DNA of 64,000 bases from Eledone cirrhosa (taxonomy: Eukaryota), in NCBI GenBank assembly GCA_964016885.1, contig OZ024743.1, positions 226,982,001-227,046,000 on the forward strand, in the 5' to 3' direction. A program made the translations under genes and the position numbers. Shown here one piece after another: positions 1 through 16,866 of this stretch. The notes under the pieces are model-generated. The model was not told where the DNA came from, made no database searches, and saw only the letters and a program-made list of their open reading frames with translations. Position 1 is the first letter of the stretch. Every line of letters starts with the position of its first letter.

Positions 1-1660
1 TCTACATCTATGTTTAGTGACCTGAGGTCGTTGAGCAGGTGGCCCTTTCTTCAATGACGACCCCAAGCCACGCGCATTTATGCTGACTATTCTGAGTGAG
101 GTCATGTTGAAATGGAGTGGAAAAGATGTGAAAGATGACTTACCTTACTTCTCGTAGAGGAAGGACGGTTTCTCCATCCTTTTCACTGCTTGTGGCCTCC
201 TCAGGAAGGATGTCCTTATAAATCCTCCTGGAGAGTTCTTGTCGGAAGTCTCCGATGTCTTTGGACAATTTTGTTTTAGTGTCATGTACGTTTTCTGTGT
301 GATGCGAGTGATTTGTATGTGTGGAGGTGGTGAGAACTTTTGGGTTGTTGTGTAGTATTTTTCTGTGATGCTGGTGTTGTGTTGGATGTAGTGTAATAAT
401 TGGTTGTTGTTCAAATTTAATGCTGTGTAGTGTGTATCGTTTTGGTTGTTTTGTTTTGTTTGCGTTTGTTGTGGGTTTGTTTCTGTTTCCCTTTTTGGTG
501 ACTTTTGTGGTGTTGGTGATGGTGGTGTTGGGGTTAATGATGGTGATGGTGTTGGTGTTTGTGGTGATGGGGTTGGTGATGCTGGTGTGGATGGTGGCAT
601 ATCTGTCCTAACTTTTTTGTTTGATAGCTTATTTGTTTCCCTCTGTATTTTGTTTTTGGAGGGGGAGGGAAGAGAATTTTTTTCTTTTTTGGTTTCTTTT
701 TTTCTTTTTTCCTGATACCGTTTCCCACTCCTCGTCGTCACAATCTGTCTCCAGTTGTGATAGGCCGGGGAAGGAAAATCATCCACAGGCGTTGGTTTTG
801 ATTGTGGCGTGGTGGATGATGTAGGGGTTGGTGCCAGTTCTGGCGCGTTGGGTGGTGGTGGTTGTTGTATTTGCTACTGTTGCTGGGGTTGTTGCTGTTA
901 CAGTTGCTTCTGTTGTTGCTGCTATAGTTGTTGCTGCAAACTATGCTGCTGGTGGTGTTGATGTGTTGATGGTTGAGTTACTGGCGTGGGTAGGAGAGGT
1001 GGCCTCATCATTTTTAGCCTGAGGGCAGAAAGTGCCCTCGACAATTACAGTGAGGTGGCTGCCGGATCTCCTCAATGCTCTTTTGGTCCGCTTGGATCAG
1101 GAGCTCCATCCCAGATCCGGAGCAGTTCTCCTGCTTTTCTTTCGCTATTTTGATTATCTTGGTGTTGGCTTCGATGCCGGCGAGGACGGCAGCTATTAGC
1201 GAGGGAATTTCGATGGCCGGTTGAACGTGGGTGACCCTGAGCTTCACGAGTCTCTGGCCACAATAGCTTGGGACGTGTGTGAAGTCGTCACTTCTTAATG
1301 GGGCGATGGAGTGTTCTCTAGCCTCCTGTGGTGTTTCAAAGAACACCTCCACGGTTCCATATATCTGCCCACGTCTGATGTGGGGTTTTTTTGCCCACAC
1401 ATGTTCCAAAGCTTTTTGGATTTGGGAATCGGATGTCCGTTCCACTCGGCGCGATTTTATATTAATTGTTCGATAAGACACGGTGCATAGGCGCCGATGC
1501 TCCATTTTATTAGGTGTGTATGTGTGTGAGGGGGGGGGGGGGGGGGGTGACACTGACCCTGTACCCATCTTTCTTTACCATTCTTTTGGCTTCTACTAAT
1601 TCCTCCTGAGTTACCTGAAATGCTTCGCACTGTTTTGCTACTCTGGCTTTAACACCTGCA
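1..1660 (-). mobile_element. Tx1/L1-clade LINE, 5' part (ORF1 remnants and start of ORF2 APE endonuclease); continues beyond window start
   Basis: The ORF2 ATG at 105 reads MTSLRIVSINARGLG (APE N-terminus), then frameshifts. ORF1 pieces at 1014-1568 (RRLCTVSYRTINIKSRRVER) and 145-786 are homologous to the copy at 2644-7250. The 5' boundary is approximate. Confidence 0.85.
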
Positions 1661-1679
1661 GTCATTGGTAATGGCGGGA

Positions 1680-2177
1680 AACAAACCGAAACATAGATGC
1701 AAATAAACCTGATATAATACTGAAGGACTTTAAAAAGAGGGTATACCTGCTAATTGATATGTCCGTTCCAATAGACAAGAATGTATCTATAAAAACATTT
1801 GAAAAATTGAGCAAGTATAAGGACCTGGCGATAGAAATTGGAAAAATGTGGAAATTGAGAACTAAAACAATACCAGTGGTTGTAGGCGCTCTAGGAATGA
1901 TACCTAAGGGTCTAATGATTACTTATCCCAAATCTCAGGAAACCCGGTATAGGAGAAATACAAAAGATAGTACTAATGGGAACTGCCCATATACTAAGGA
2001 AGATTCTGTCAATATAAGTACATCACAAGTCTAAACACCTAAAGATGCATGTGTGTGTATGTATGTTCTTTCTTGAACATGGCGGACCATGTTGTTTCTT
2101 CTGGTCACTGGTTGTGACTTGGTGATAACTCGTATGAACATAAAGCAAGATAAATGTAACTATAATAATAATAATAA
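1680..2177 (+). mobile_element. 3' fragment of R4/Dong-like RLE non-LTR element (family B) with (AAT)n tail
   Basis: RLE motifs NKPDII..LIDMSVP..EKLSKYKDLAIEI..PVVVGALG. Nearly identical to 30450-30932, including the 3' UTR. Confidence 0.85.
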
Positions 2178-2643
2178 TTGTTTCTGCTTTAGGCACAAGG
2201 TTAGCAATTAACCAGTTCATTACTGGTACTTTATTTTATCGACCCCGTAAGGATGAAAGGCAAAGTCAACCTCGGCGGGATTTGAACTCAGATCATAAAG
2301 GGCCGTAACTCTTTGCTGCAAAGCATGGCGTCTGACCCTCTATAATAATGGTTTCTTATATAGGCACAAGGCCAGCAATTTTGGGGAGGGGAAAGTCGAT
2401 TAAATCGACTCCAATGCGTGACTGGTACTTGTCCTGAATGTCTGAGGCTGCAGGTAGCGGCTTGATATTCATTTCAACAAACTTTCCAGTTAAATAACAT
2501 CAATGACTGAGACTCAAATAATAATAATAATAATTGTTTCAACTTTTGGCACAGGGCCAGCAATTATTCCAGTGTATTACTGGTACTTTATTTTATCGAC
2601 CCCGTAAGGATGAAAGGCAAAGTTAACCTCGGCGGGATTTGAA
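2178..2643 (-). mobile_element. Cluster of three partial tRNA-derived SINE copies (family 1)
   Basis: Repeated blocks TTTATCGACCCCGTAAGGATGAAAGGCAAAG, B-box GAGTTCAAATCCC on the - strand, and the GGCACAAGG tail, shared with many copies in the window. Confidence 0.85.
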
Positions 2644-5600
2644 TAATAATAGTAATAATAATGCCACGAAGAAAAATATTACAGACGGCACCGTACGATA
2701 CAAAATGGGTTTTGGGCGTAAAGGTTATAAAAGACAGAAACGTGTAAAATAAATTAAAATTCAAACAGCAAAAATTCCCCAATAAGGTGGAAGCCTCCGA
2801 GGGTCGTCCCTCTCCCCTCCTCTAGCCCTCTATACAACGCCAAGGTGGATGTTCCACCGATATCACTGCCCAGTTGGTAGTGGGTGGTGAGCGCCTGGAG
2901 ACATTCCAGCTTCCAAGCGCTATGCCTCGGTCTTTTTCTGATTCAGGACTGCAGCTCCGTCAAGGAGACGAGCTGGGGAAAATCGTGTTTGGCAACGGCG
3001 ACCTCACCTGTTCACCGTCAAGGAAGCACCAAAGATGTCGAGGCCTCAGCGCATGTTTGCGCATCATTAGCCACGGCATGCCCAGGCAGGCCTCCACGCA
3101 ACGGGTGCTGACAGCAGATGGATCGTTTGACCATGGGAGCACGACCATCCCACAAAAAGCGGAAGGGGAAGGCGCTCCCTTAAGAGTTGTACGGGGGCAA
3201 GGTACGACTGTCAGGCGGTAGAAGATGACGGATGCGATGTACGCCTTCGCCACCTCTGTCCGACATTTAAGAGACAGCCTCATCTCGGCCCATTTCTGGG
3301 TGAGAGAAGCTACCCTGCTCGTCACCTCCTGCTTGTCACCTCGCTCCAGTTTTTCCTCAATCTGGAGGTCCGGACCGAACCAGACCCCGAGCAATTTAAC
3401 CGGTCTTTCCATCCAGCGCCCCACGATGCTGTTGAACGGCATGGACTTGCTTCTCCATGTGCCGAGTTGCAAGCCTACCGACTTTTCCTGGTTTATCTTT
3501 GCTTCTGTCACCGCTTCGTATTCTTTGAGAGCGGGGCCGAGCATCTGGACGTGTTCGGTGCTTGACACCACCTCGGTGACGTGGTCGGCATCAGCCGACA
3601 CGGATCTCCCGCATCCCAGTTCGCGAGGTACCCCTCTCATGGTCTCCAATTTGTGTAGTAATGGCTCGAGAGCCAGTACGTACAAAAGGGACGAGAGGGG
3701 ACAATCTTGGCGGACCGAGCATGCTGCTGAACGGCTGCAACAGGTGACCATTCACCCTCAAAATCGAGCAGATGTCGCTGTGCATCGCATCAATCCAGCC
3801 TCTAAAAACGGGCCCGAAGCCGACCTCCTCGAGGACCGCAGCCAGGTACAGATGGTCGACCCTATCATATGCTTTAGATTGATCCAAGTTGACCAGAGCC
3901 CCACCCGTGCCAGGTTCCTTAACCACCCTCTCTATGATGTATCACATGAGATGGAGGTTGTCGTGGATGGATCTGTCCGGAATGATGCATGTCTGCGCCT
4001 CTCCCATCAGATTACCGACGATAAGCGCCAATCTCTTTGCTAATACCTTCGCCAAAATCTTGAACTCTGTCTTTAGCAGAGTCATGGGCCTGAAGTTGTC
4101 TATAACGTCCCCTTTGTTCGGGTCTTTTCTCAGCAGCGCCACCGCTCCTCGGCTCACAAAACTGGGAATGCTCTCATTAGTCTGCCAGAAGCAGTAGACA
4201 TCTGCCAAGATGGCATGTACGCCTAAAGCTCGTAGGCTAGACCATCCAAACCTGGCGATTTACTCCTCGTGCAGTTAGACATCGCTTCCCGTATTTCACC
4301 TGCTGTTATCGGCCTTTCGCAGCACAGTGCTGCGGTTGCCCAGAGCCGTGGCATTCCATACTCCGATCCTATCCGCGGCCGCACCCGAACAATCGAGCAA
4401 AGTGCTCTTAAAAAGCCGCACACATCTGCTCTTGTTCGAGCAATATGCGCCTGTCTTGATCAGGCAAAGACCGTATTGTGGATTTGTTGCCACGTCGCGC
4501 CTCCACCACCCGGGCCCATTGAACGGCTTTCGTCCCCTCGTGTCTCAGAGCACGCGCTCTATCTCTGACAACGCATCCTTCATGATTTCCGTTGAAGAAT
4601 TGGTCGAGTGCCAATCTCGCCGCAAGCACGTCGGTTGCCATGCCTGTCCTAAACGCCTCTTCTAGCTCTCTAATTAGCTCTCGCACTACTCTATTTTCCT
4701 CTATCACTACTCCGTTGCTAAACCTTATCTATTCTACTCTAATAGCCCTTTTCAGGGTAAACCACCACCGTTGTTGATGATCGCACCCGTCAAAGCACCC
4801 TTAACTAATTCGCTAATCCGGTCTACGTAAGCTTTGCGCGCCGGGAAAGACGCGTTCAGCTTCCAGTAACCGGGCTCTTGTCTATGGAGTCTATCTAAGT
4901 CAACCTCACAGGTCACGAATTTGTGGTCCGTGTAATCGAATACTTTAAATTGTTGACGCCTTATCGGTTTCCCTACAGAATACCCTATCTAAATACGATA
5001 TGGATGACCTGATGCGGTTTGCCCATGTCCACATTGGTACATTCGTATAACCCAGTCTATACCTGTCTGACAGTTTAAAACGTCTGAACAGGTTGTTGAG
5101 ACTTTTACACCCTCCAGTCCTGTCTACTATCCCCACATAATCCCAGCGTACATCTAAGATACCGTTCCAGTCGCCCAGTAACACTAAGGAGCGGGACGTT
5201 CCAAGATAGGTCACTAGACGTCTGAAGAAATCTGGCCGTCCTGCCCCTGTCGGGGCATAGACAGCTACTTGCCTGAGAGCATTGCCTTCGTTGCCAGTCA
5301 CGTCCAGCACCACCGACCTTCTGGATCCAGGAAGATGGCCCGTATGGCGAGATCCAAGCCTCTCTATAAAGGCACAGCAACTCCTGCCCCCGATTCTGGA
5401 CGGCTGGGAGATGCGTATACATCGTAGCCGCCGAAGATCGGTGCGAAGGATCGTGCTTCGGAGATTCTGGTCTCGCTGATGGCCACCACATCTCTGTTTA
5501 GTGACCTGAGGTCGTTGAGCAGGTGACCCTGCTTCCAAGATGACCCCAGGTCACGTGCATTTATGCTGCCTATTCTAAGTATGGCCATGTTGGATGAGGA

Positions 5601-7250
5601 ACGAGGCAAGTGAGAAAGATCACTTACCTTGATCTTATGGGGAAGGGACAGTAGAACTCTCCCCTCGGCTGGTCATGGCTGTCTTCAAGACGATATCTTT
5701 GTATATTCTTTTGGAGAGTAACCCCATGAAATCCCCAACGCAGTTGGGTAATTTTTGTTTTAATTGTTTCGTTTCTAGTTTTCCAGTTCCGTTTCTTAAA
5801 TGTTAATGTTTTTTGGTAATGTTCTTGGTGTTGGTGCTGTATGGCAATTTACGTCTGAAATATCAGTGTGGTGTTTTATGTGTTCCATTAGTCCTTCGTG
5901 TGCAATGTTTATGGCTGTGTACTTTTTGCTGGGAGCGGTGGTTTTGTTGCTGTTTTCTTGTTGCGGTTGGGTATGTGTGGTTTGTTGTGTTTGTAATGTT
6001 GGTGTTTTTGGTGATGCTGGTGGTGGTGTGGTGGTTGTTGGTGGGGATGCGTGAGGTAGTGATGGTGTATTTGGTGGTGTTGCTGCAAGTCTCCTTGCAG
6101 TCTTTATTCTTCTTTCTTTGCTTTTGCTTTTGGAGGGAGGAGCTGTGGTGTTTTTCTGGGTTTTTTGGTTTCTTTTTGTCAACAACCGTTTTCCACTCCT
6201 CAGCCGCATCATACTCCATGTTCGGCTGTGAGAGGACGGGGGGGGGGGGGGGGGGGGTATTAGTTCTACCCTTTCATTTGTCGTTATTGTTGTTGTTGTT
6301 GGTGGTGGTGGTGGAGCCTGATTTGCCGCTCCTGGCACATGTGCAGCTAGTGCAACTGTTTCTGTTGCTGCAAATGCCATCGCCGTTTTTGTTGTCCGTG
6401 GCTTTGGTTTGGGTGTCACGGACGCTGTCTTCCTATTCGCTGTAGAAGCTCCCGACTTTTTCGCTGACTGCTCTGTTTAGAACAGACACGACCTGCCAAG
6501 GCACGGGTACGTAGGGCGGGACCTGGGTTACCTTGACCTTTGCAGTTTTTTTCCCCGCAGTAAAACGGGACTAAAGTTATGTCATCACTCCGTAGGGTCC
6601 TCAGTGAGTGCGATTTTGCTTCCTGGATGGTAGCAAAAAGGACGTCCACAGTAACACATTTCTTGCCACGGGTGATGTGGGTTTTCAGTTCCCACACAGT
6701 TCCCAAGGCCTTTGGATGTGGACCTCCGAGCCTTTCTCCACACGACGCGATTTCGTGGAAATCGTGCGGTACGACACTGTGCGTCGCTCATGCTCCTCCA
6801 GGAAGTCGGTTGGTGGTTTCAAGGACATTGAAAATTCAGTTCCGCATACCATGTGTCTTGCGACCACCATCTCCTCATCTGTGATGATGGTTGTTTCTAC
6901 GTTGCGAGTTATTTTTGCAAAAGAGGTGGTTTCTTTTTCAGTGGCGTCATTGTTGCCACGGCTACTGCTGCTGCCACTGGTCTAGTTGTTGTTGGTGCTG
7001 GTGCTGTTGTTGTTGTTGTTGCAACTGCTACAAACGGTGTTGTTGGTGTTGCTGCTTCTGCCGCCGCTACTGCTATCACAGGTGTTATCGTCAATAATGC
7101 CGCTGCTGCTGCTGCTGCTGCTATCTCCCTTGTTGTTAATACGTGTCTATGAAATGCTCAATATCTTGAATGTTAATTTCGAGAACAGGATGCTCCTTTA
7201 TATGAACAACTAGTGGAACGCTCTCTGTCGGAAGCGACGGCGGCCCAACA
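2644..7250 (-). mobile_element. Tx1/L1-clade LINE, near full length but decayed, with (ATT)n 3' tail
   Basis: ORF1 remnants at ~5625-7130. ORF2 fragments carry APE and RT motifs. The 3' UTR motif AAATTCCCCAATA is shared with the fragment at ~31070. The 5' boundary is approximate. Confidence 0.9.
2820..5588 (-). pseudogene. Tx1 ORF2 (APE endonuclease + reverse transcriptase), frameshifted
   Basis: MAILRIGSINARDLG, VAISET, VYAPT, LLGDWN, YLDR (APE). KSPGLDG, NFRPMTLL, LDQSKAYDRV, VRQDCPLS, ADADHV (decayed YADD), KLLGVWF (RT). Many frameshifts. Confidence 0.9.
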
Positions 7251-7754
7251 TATATACACACGCATAAATTACTACTAAAGGACTGTTTGCGTATGAAACG
7301 ATATTATAAAGCCATCATATATATGACAATTCTTCTTCTTCTTCTTCTTCTTCTTCTTCTTCGTCATCATCATCATCATCATTCTGTTACGTTTTCCCCT
7401 CAACATCTTGAAAGTCAGAATCAATAGTGTATTGGTTAAAGTGCATTCAATTATTTTCATGCCTCCTTTAAGGACTTGAGTTCAAATTCTGGTATAGCCA
7501 GTAAGCTTTCCCTGTTATCCTTCGTGGGTTGATAAAATATAGTACCATATCATTAATATCTGTATCAATCCACCCCCCCCCCCCTTATCTAATTTTTCTA
7601 TTCCTTCTATTCTTTCTTGCTAACTACAGTGGATCTTACCGGAGCGACACACTGATCTCTTAGCTCCGCACTCTTTTGATTAACGTTCCTCCCGCAAACC
7701 TTCGGATGAACCCCATTTTGGCTGCTTGTATTTGCGATCGTATTCTTTCGGTTA

Positions 7755-7990
7755 TTACCCAGGATATTGATCATAGGCAAAAGCTGGCAGGAATACCGAA
7801 TAGAAAATAGCAGGTTTTTTATTTACACCTACCTCTCTTCTTCTGATTACCGAATGCTCAAGCTGGCGCATTACTGAACGAGCTCCTGTCACTCTTGCAC
7901 TTAATTCAGCCTGCCGCATTCCGTCACTCATGAATACGGCCCCGAAATCCTTGAACTTGTCCACCTGCTTCATCACTTATTTCGAATTCA
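7755..7990 (-). mobile_element. RTE-clade LINE fragment (region after RT domain)
   Basis: KQVDKFKDFGAVFMSDG..ELSARV..ARSVMRQLEHSVI..IFYSVFLPAFAY resembles RTE-type QVEKFKYLG..SDG..IFVPILTYG. Confidence 0.65.
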
Positions 7991-8274
7991 AGCTTTGTAG
8001 GCCTCCTTTGTTCTGGTAGCTTCTTTTACCTCTTATTCGAACAAAAGAATATAAAAAGCAATATTTACGATGCATTAAATGCACCACTTGTCGCCTAATT
8101 TAGGAATTACAAGTCAACTTTCTGAAGTATCTATTCCGTTTGTCAATTAACATGTAACCGAAGAGGAACGGAATCTACAAAATATTCTTTCTCATTGCAA
8201 TATCTACAAATTTTGTTCTAATTCATCCACATTGATACAATTTACTGTTGTGTTAGATATTTCGTCGTTTGTTA

Positions 8275-8497
8275 AAACAATGGAAAGTAAGTGACTGAAC
8301 ATTTCATAGATACGTGTACGATTAGCTTAGTTCTCGGGGAGATTTATCGTGACACCATGGTGTCACGACGCTGGTCCTTTGAATTACATATGTAACTAAG
8401 CTTTGGTAGTTTATTGGATTGGAGCACGGTACTGCCGGGAATCGAATATTCTACCTTACTATAGTATGTCAAACACCTAATCTACGAGCCATCCACG
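8275..8497 (-). mobile_element. Decayed tRNA-derived SINE (family 2-related)
   Basis: The - strand reads TGGCTCGTAGATTAGG (A-box-like) and TTCGATTCCCGG (B-box-like), followed by a GCTCCAATCCA body similar to 14475-14775. Confidence 0.5.
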
Positions 8498-8769
8498 TTG
8501 ATACATTTTACACGAGATTAGAGATAATAAAAATGTGCAAAGATTAACATTCCGCAGTATTAAAAACTTCGGAGTGTACACTGCTCAAAACTTAGTTCAA
8601 GATATTGGGACACGAATAGAGAAAGAAATCTACAAATATATCATTAAATAATCAGATATCAATAATCGAAAAACCTCTTATCGATATCATTCGAGTCCAT
8701 ATGCCAAAGCCTTTTTACATTTTCTTCCTCCCTCTCCTGGCCACCCTCCTCCTCCTCATCATCATCATC

Positions 8770-8832
<63 letters not shown>

Positions 8833-9244
8833 GGTATTGGTCAACTAAAGACTATAGCAAAAGATATTTACAAAAGGGCTTTCACAGTGGGTTTCAACCA
8901 CGAAGCAAACGGATACAACGCGAACGACTTAAACAGAGAGCTCTGCCTGCACTTGAAGCGCAAAAACGATAATAAGAAAAATTAAAATAAAGAGATAAAA
9001 ACAAAATATATCAGAAAATTATGATGTTTTATTTAGTTGTTATTGTTCTCAAGTATATGTATATCAATACAATAGGATCCAGGAACAACGACAGAGGATC
9101 AATCGATCGATACACTGAAGATAATAGGGCTTCATCATTAGCAATAGATGATGATTTGACTTCAAATACACGATATTGGTTTACACCTATGTAGAGAGAT
9201 AAATGGATAGAGATGGGGAGAAACTTACATATATGCAGCACGCA

Positions 9245-12287
<3,043 letters not shown>

Positions 12288-14474
12288 ATGAAACTGTAAA
12301 AAAGAATAAAAAACATAATGCGATATCAATTTTAACCAATTTATTCCAATATTAAATCTCATTTCTAGCTTACGATGATAACCCTTGAATATTCAAGCTT
12401 TGATCATATCGATACCACCTCTCTGCCAATCCATACTCTTTACGTATATATTTGACGGTGTTAAGCAAATGCAATATTCATAACGTAGACCAAAAAATAA
12501 AAATAAATAAATATACAATAAAGAGAAAAATGGTCGAAAAACATATGAAAAGATAAATAACAAAATGGTAAAGATACCTATAAGCCAAGACATATCAAAA
12601 ATAAATATCGCCCAAACTCTTGAGTCAGGTATTTACGGTTGTGAATCAATTAAAGAGGTCACCTACGATTAAAAGCTTTTGTATCACTATAATTAGTCGC
12701 TCGGAACATTATGTGAACCTTCAGTTGAGTAAATGTTGTTAGAATCGATCAGCTACTTGTGATATAATTGTATTTGTTTATTTGATTTTCAAGAGAAATC
12801 AGCAACTAAGAATTCTTTTGTGGGAATTAATAAATAAATAAATAAAGTTTTAAATGAATATTTACAAAAGATAGAAAAAAGTTGTGGGGGGAATATCTAA
12901 CTACAAAGAAAATTTAATGATTTAATTTTTTTTATTTTCCCTGTTATATTTTTTGTATTAGTATTGTTGTTATAGTTGTTATTGCTGTTGTAGTTGTTGC
13001 TTTTGTAACAGTAACTCTTTGAGGTAGATATTTTCTAAAGAATATTAATGAAACAACTACTTTCCTTTCAAAATAAAAAAAAAAATATTCTATAGGTTTT
13101 TCTTCTTTACAAATATGATATAAAAATTTTATAACAAGTATATAGGCGGAAAAACAATAACAACAAGAACAATAACATAATGAACTAATTAAGAAGACGT
13201 TCTCTGTGGTGAGTGTAACAGATCAATTATTTTGTAGTGTTGCAAAGACATACTTTCACGTGTAAAATTGCGACATTTTGTTTTGTTTGGTGATGATGTT
13301 TGTGATGGTGGTTGTGTGTTGATAGGAGATCAAAGACCCAAAGGTCACGATATTCCCTTAAATCCATTCTTGAACATTGCTGACTTCGTGTTTGCTTCCT
13401 ACAGAATAAGTTACGTATATTAATTGACGTCATCATTGTCACTCCTCTTGATTATCTCCAGATTAATACTCATAAAAAATTTAATCAAAGACATTCTAAT
13501 TACGTCCTGTCTTTATATATATCTATGAATGTGCCCTTCTTTTTCAAGATGACATTGTGCAATTTGGTTGCTGTCTTGCTGTTGGAGTGGTATCAGGGAG
13601 GCGCCTTTTTTGGTTCTCTTATAACCTCTTATAATGCTTTTTTCATATAATAATCATGATATTCTGACATAGGATCTATAGCTATATGTATGTGTTCGAT
13701 GAGATACGAGATTGTATGACGTTCATGTCTTTCTCAACAACTTCAGAATTTGGACTTAAGCAAGAAATAATATACAATATGTTGTGCGCTTTGCATGTCT
13801 TATTTCGTCCATATCCGCCGGAAGCCTGTGTTGTATTAGTCTAGCTGGTATTTGCGTAAACAATATTCATATGAGAATTGTCTATCGGCTTCCACAACTT
13901 AGTAGCTAAACCTCATTTTATTTGAATGTTTAACGTCTTAAGAACGACACAATATAATATAGTTGCGAATACATTGTCTGCCTACTGCAAGATGGCCTGA
14001 CGCTAAAGAATTACATCAAATAGCCAGACTATATTCTTCCACTTTTCGATGGAACATTTTGCAATGTCTCAATCTGGAGCACTGCTGTCATAAATCGAAC
14101 AGCATTCTGTTTCATTGATGTATTAAAACCTTTTGATAAACCTCTGAAATCGTAATAATTATGGAGCAGCCCCAAGGAAACATATTAGATACTGTTACAC
14201 ATGACTAGTTTCGGAATTATTTTGATTGAAGAAACCTATTCTCAATGGTATTCAAGCAGTGACAATCCTGTCCTTCATTCTGACAGTTTAAGACCACTTT
14301 AGTTTGGCTGCTATTTCTAGTAAATTGGAAAGTCACTTTTACGGTAAGAGACAGCTTCTTTTGGTCGGTAGATCAGTACAAATTACAAAGCCCTCTTGTT
14401 TCTCCAATGAGGCCACATTTGCATTTCCTAATTTCAATTTTTCTTGTTGTTAAATTACATACAAGTCAGGTGCT

Positions 14475-14775
14475 TTTGTGAAAGCGCATGGGGCAACACA
14501 GTGCAGGACTCAAAATTGTATGGTCGTGAGTTCAACTGCCGAACCGGGTGTCTTGTTGTGTCATTGAGAATGTTGCTCCAGTTAAATCAGCTGGAAAAAA
14601 GTTTCCACAACACTGGTGTCAAACTGTATCGGTATTTCCCTTTTCACTTGGACAACATCGGTGTCGGAAAAAGGGGGATATGCGAGCATGGGAGAAAGCA
14701 GCTGTTATTCGAAACACCCTGCCTAGACTTATACCCCGAGAGACAAACCTATGATCAGCTAGTCATGACTTCAAA
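14475..14775 (+). mobile_element. Decayed tRNA-derived SINE (family 2)
   Basis: tRNA-like head with GTGAGTTCAACTGCC B-box, then GTTGTGTCATTGAG..GTTGCTCCAGTT body. Resembles a common cephalopod SINE as I recall it; not searched. Confidence 0.55.
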
Positions 14776-15172
14776 AGACTTAGCCAGTTATGTCTACAGG
14801 AAACGTTTCCTTCTCCGGCTACATTTGAAGAAATGGAAATTCTTTGAGGAACATGAGAAATGAGGAACGAGGAAAAACACTGCGCAAGTAGGAAATCTTT
14901 TTCGAAGAAGTTATGTACATAAATTAGTTGATTAAACTGATTATTGCAGAGACGGCGTCTCAACGAAATGCCATCTATGGTTGATTGAAATAGAGAACAG
15001 AACAAACTAAAGAAATAAATCGAATTATAATCATTCAAAAATATCTATTTTATCATCTAAATTTGACAGATAGAATCACTCTCTTTAAAATAAGTAGAAA
15101 TATCAAAAATAAAAGTGCTTATAAAATCTGACAATCTTTTTCTCTCTCAGAATTGGCGTCTTTAATCACACT

Positions 15173-15710
<538 letters not shown>

Positions 15711-16866
15711 TCTTTTAGACCTCTTTCTTTGCCTCTCATAATTATTCTTCCCACTCACTTTGACTTCCACTCTTTCTCTTGTTTCTTCATATTTTCATAT
15801 ACCTCTTCCTGTACATCTATCATCATCACGATCATTATCATGATCATGATCATGATCATCCTCATATATACAAACATCACCAGCGCCATCATCATCTTCA
15901 CGACGACCACCACAAACAGCAACTTCATAATCATCATAATTCTTCTTCTCCTCCTCCTCATCACCATTATCACAACTATCATCACATTAAGCTCCTAATA
16001 CTGTATCATACTACAATGACTGCCATAACCACAGCAAGAACAACTATAACAACAACAAGAGTTGTCTCTGCTGCAGTTCTCAACATCACCAAAATGATTT
16101 CCAACCTACCACCGCTAACATTATCCCCACTAACTACAATACAACCACATCACAGAAACTACCTACCAAAATCAGCAGAGTTACAATCCTCAATAAAGTT
16201 ACTGTCAACATCACCGTCACTACAGCGAGCGTCATCAATACCAACACCAATAACTGTATCCTACTGTCAACTCGTACGTTATTATTACAAATATAACCCA
16301 TCAAAACCTACGAAACCACCACTAGCACAAATTTCACCAACTTAACAATCACCACCACCCTCGCACATCACCACCAACACCACCACAACCAACATCATCA
16401 CCACCACCACTACCGCCGCCATCAGCCACCCCAACCCAGCATCACTACCACCACCAACATGAGCAACACCATGACCTCTACTTCCACCAACACAATCATT
16501 ATTACAACCTCCATAACAGCAACTAACTCAACGGATCAATAATAAATCCAAGAAGTTTCCGCTGGTGAGGCTGTTTAATTTTCTTTTCATACAATACAAT
16601 CTTTTACAAAATGATTTATGAACCAAACTAGTAATAATGCCAATAGAAAGCGGAGAAAACAAGTATGCAAGTCTTTGCGATTATTAAGTTGAAACCTTGC
16701 AATTTTTAATATGAATCTATGTGATTCTATCAGCTCTTTCAATGAGAAGCTTATTCTACCGTATGCTCACTCGTAGGTTTGCTTATACTTTCGTTTCTAT
16801 GTTCCTTTTAATATACTATCTAGTAGAAATTGGATCCATTTTATGACTTGTTCTCATATATTTAAC

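Noticed and set aside
13960-14200. Possible RT remnant (FCFIDVLKPFD)
   Set aside because: A single short motif, too decayed to assign.
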